This document shows positions 59,279 to 64,000 of a DNA stretch of 64,000 nt, piece by piece. A model generated the notes under the pieces. The model ran no database searches and was not told where the DNA came from. It worked only from the letters and a program-made list of their open reading frames with translations. This DNA is from the human T2T-CHM13v2.0 reference genome, Homo sapiens. Numbering within the stretch: position 1 is the stretch's first letter; each line of letters starts with the position of its first letter. The DNA lies in NCBI RefSeq assembly GCF_009914755.1, contig NC_060926.1, one strand, 5' to 3'. Made by a program: the position numbers and the translations under genes.

Positions 59279-59615
59279 AGTGATTCTGGAGCAGGTGAGC
59301 TGATCACAAGCCTGAGCCAAGAATCCATGGAGCTCATAAATAGCAGAAGCCGGGACCCTGTGCAAATCCTTCTGAAATATTCTCCATTTACTGGGCTCCT
59401 AGGGGTGGGGAAGAAAAATTCCCTGACATTTCGGCCTCAGGGAAAGAGAGAGACACCCCACTGGCCGGAAGCCTCTGCTATTTTTCAGAAGACAGCTGGG
59501 GCATCACCCTTTCCCAAATGACGGTGATTTTCAGAGTGGTTCACTTTTTGGAGAGACATTTCTGCCCTGGAGATCCATACATATTGAACCCAAATGAATA
59601 TTTTTTAATTAAAAA
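59279..59615 (+). repeat. Inverted-repeat arm 1 (337 bp)
   Basis: agtgattctggagcaggtgagctgatcacaag...catattgaacccaaatgaatattttttaattaaaaa. The + ORF 59207-59521 and - ORF 60533-60796 share SDSGAGELITSLS...GKKNSLTFRPQGKRETP. Confidence 0.95.
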
Positions 59616-60089
59616 GAATTAAACTTTAGAAAGTTCAATATTGAGGCAGCTACGAGTTTGAATTCCTCATTTTTCCTAAATGCATGTTGTCAAAATCTGT
59701 ATTGCATTTAGTAACTACTTATGTTTCTAAAGTATATAAGGTTACACAATGTTTTCTTCTTTTTCTGCTCCTCAGGGTCAGAATTTGAAATAAAAGTTTT
59801 GGAAAGAAAAAACACTCTTGTCTGTTTGTGCAAAAATAAAAGAACCCATATTTTAAGAATATTTTAAAATAAATACAAATTTTGTGTGTGGGGTTGCTTA
59901 TAAGAATTCTTCATATCCTAAATCAAAGATAGATCTTGTTATTAACCAGAAAACAAAATGTGTGTGTATAAATGTACAACACTCTTACACTCACACAAAC
60001 ACAGGCACACATGCACACACACACATTCACACACTCACTGATGTACTCACACAAACACAGGCATTCATGTATAAATACACACATAAGCG

Positions 60090-60436
60090 TGTATTTATAG
60101 AAATATAATTATGCACATACAATATATAATTTTATTTTTACATAGTATATATACATAATTATGTATTAACAAATATAAGATCAATTTTATTATATACTTA
60201 TTTACATAAAGATATATTATATAAATGATGTTATATGGCATGTATATATCACATATAACTTTGCTTAGTATATAAAATTTAATCTATAAAATTATGTATC
60301 ACAAATAAAAGTATATTTTACATATACACTATATATAACTTTATTTATATGAACTATAAAAATCATGTTTATATTAATAAAATATATTTATATCAATATA
60401 TTAATATAAAATATGCACAATGTATATTTATATAAA
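60090..60436 (+). repeat. AT-rich segment D (direct repeat, copy 2; lacks the ~53-bp internal duplication)
   Basis: Colinear with 58638-59035. Confidence 0.9.
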
Positions 60437-60438
60437 AA

Positions 60439-60775
60439 TTTTTAATTAAAAAATATTCATTTGGGTTCAATATGTATGGATCGCCAGGGCAGAAACGTCT
60501 CTTCAAAAGGTGAACCCTTCTTAAAATCACCGTCATTTGGGAAAGAGTGATACCCCACCTGTTTTCTGAGAAACAGCAGAGGTGTACGGCCAGCGGGGTG
60601 TCTCTCTCTTTCCCTGAGGCCGAAAAGTCAGGGAATTTTTCTTCCCCACCCCTAGGAGCTCTGTAAACCGGGGATATTTCAGAAGGATTTGCACAGGGTC
60701 CCAGCTTCTGTTGTAAATGAGCTCCATGGATTCTCGGCTCAGACTTGTGATCAGCTCACCTGCTCCAGAATCACT
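60439..60775 (-). repeat. Inverted-repeat arm 2 (337 bp)
   Basis: tttttaattaaaaaatattcatttgggttcaatatg...cttgtgatcagctcacctgctccagaatcact is the diverged reverse complement of 59279-59615. Confidence 0.95.
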
Positions 60776-61968
<1,193 letters not shown>

Positions 61969-62060
61969 GTAGAACAGGCCTGCATTACCTGATAACGCAG
62001 TGAAATCAGACGTGATGCTGCCTGCTGAGGAGACCTGGAGGCTTCCCATGAATGGGCTTT

Positions 62061-62461
62061 CAGAAGAGAGGTCTCTGGGTGCATTTGGTGACACCCCAGG
62101 CAGTGGGGGAGACGTCCAAGCTAGGCTAGAAGGCCAGCCACAGCCAGCTCTGCCCAAGGATGCCACGTCCATTTGCTTCAGTAGGATATGTACCCTGGAA
62201 ACCCAGCTTCCTGCCTCTCCAGGAAACCCCACTGAGGTCAGCACATCCCCCCAGGTTTAGAAGGGGTCTCTGGGTGCATCTGGTGACACCCCAGGCGGGG
62301 GGGGTGGAGACATCCAGGCTGGAAGGCCAGCCACAGCCAGCTCTGCCCACGGATGCCACGTCCATTTGCTTCAGTAGGATCTGCACCCTGTAAACCCTGG
62401 TTCCTGCCTCTCCAGGACACCCCACTGAGGTCAGCACCCCCCACCCCCCACCCCCAGGTTT
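62061..62461. repeat. ~195-bp x2 GC-rich tandem duplication
   Basis: gtctctgggtgcat(t/c)tggtgacaccccaggc at 62071 and 62266; both continue gaaggccagccacagccagctctgccca...ccccactgaggtcagcac...ccccaggttt. Confidence 0.93.
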
Positions 62462-63019
62462 GTGCAGCTTCACTATCTGGGGAGAGACACAGAAAGACCA
62501 CATTCGGTGGAATTCTGGCTATAACCTTTTGTGGCCGGCAAGAAGGATCACCAAGCTGTCCTGTTACCTTGCTGGAGAGATCACTGGTTTCACGCTTGGC
62601 CCCCGTGCAGTGAGTGCCTGGGCCAGGCTCGATTCTTGGAGCTCCAGTGAAATTTGGGCTTGGAGCTCACACCTGCACCATCCAGAAAGCAGAAGGCAGC
62701 TGGCCCGGGCTGTACGGTTCGTAGAATCAGAGAGAACACTGCTTGCCTTCATGTCTGTACCACAATAAATCTGCCAACTGTGGTCAAAGTCTCTGGATTC
62801 CTGCCCCCTCATTTTATTTTGTCTATTATGGAGTGGAAGGAGTGAGAAAGATTTTGCTTCCTATTTTGTTTTGCAAGGCGTTTCTAAGAAAAACAACCCG
62901 TGTTCGGCAAACGACATTCTGAGTGTCCCCTGGGCGTGACGAAAACAAACTTTGGGAATCCAAGGGCCTGAGAGGCAGAGTGAATGTCATTCACATTTCC
63001 CTGCGAATGACAAAGTCAC

Positions 63020-63163
63020 TTTTTATTTATTATTATTATTATTATTAATTATTATTATTATAGATTCAGGGGATCCACGGGCAGCTTTGTGTCCTGGGGA
63101 TATTGTACGATGCTGAGGTTTGGGGTATGAATAATCCCGTCACCCAGGCGCTGAGCATTGTAC
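63020..63163 (-). mobile_element. L1 3' terminus (old primate L1, L1PA13-16-like), with tail decayed to (TTA)n
   Basis: T-rich tail then tagattcagggg...gatgctgaggtttggggtatgaataatcccgtcacccagg...tgagcattgtac, matching the antisense L1 3' UTR as I recall it; subfamily tentative. Confidence 0.85.
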
Positions 63164-63227
63164 ATTCCTGAGGTATATAATGTGTACTAAAAATAAAATG
63201 TATATTTATATATGCACTAATGATTCA

Positions 63228-64000
<773 letters not shown>

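Overview
Primate (Alu/L1-bearing, human/ape-like) heterochromatin-edge sequence with no credible protein-coding gene. Bases 1-54776 are one uninterrupted, strand-asymmetric GC-rich satellite built from GGCT and GGCTT (9-mer GGCTGGCTT; + strand G/T-rich and almost A-free). It has a nested hierarchy: 4/5-mers > 9-mer > ~550-bp half-units > ~1.1-kb monomers > an inferred 16,398-bp ancestral higher-order repeat (HOR) > a 23,453-bp HOR containing a 7,055-bp internal duplication > a 26,947-bp variant carrying a further 3,494-bp duplication. A ~2.1-kb diverged layer (52657-54776) ends the array. The 9.2-kb flank holds an AT-rich minisatellite, a compound VNTR, four Alu loci, an old minus-strand L1 3' end, CA-rich low-complexity DNA and at least three segments that look like copies of nearby DNA inserted into other elements. 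All W/L/A/G- and P/S/Q/A-rich ORFs are translation artefacts of the repeat. I found no evidence of a new gene-encoded system; the notable signals are structural and evolutionary. Periods come from exact offsets of repeated ORF-track coordinates with spot-checked bases. No alignment or database search was run.
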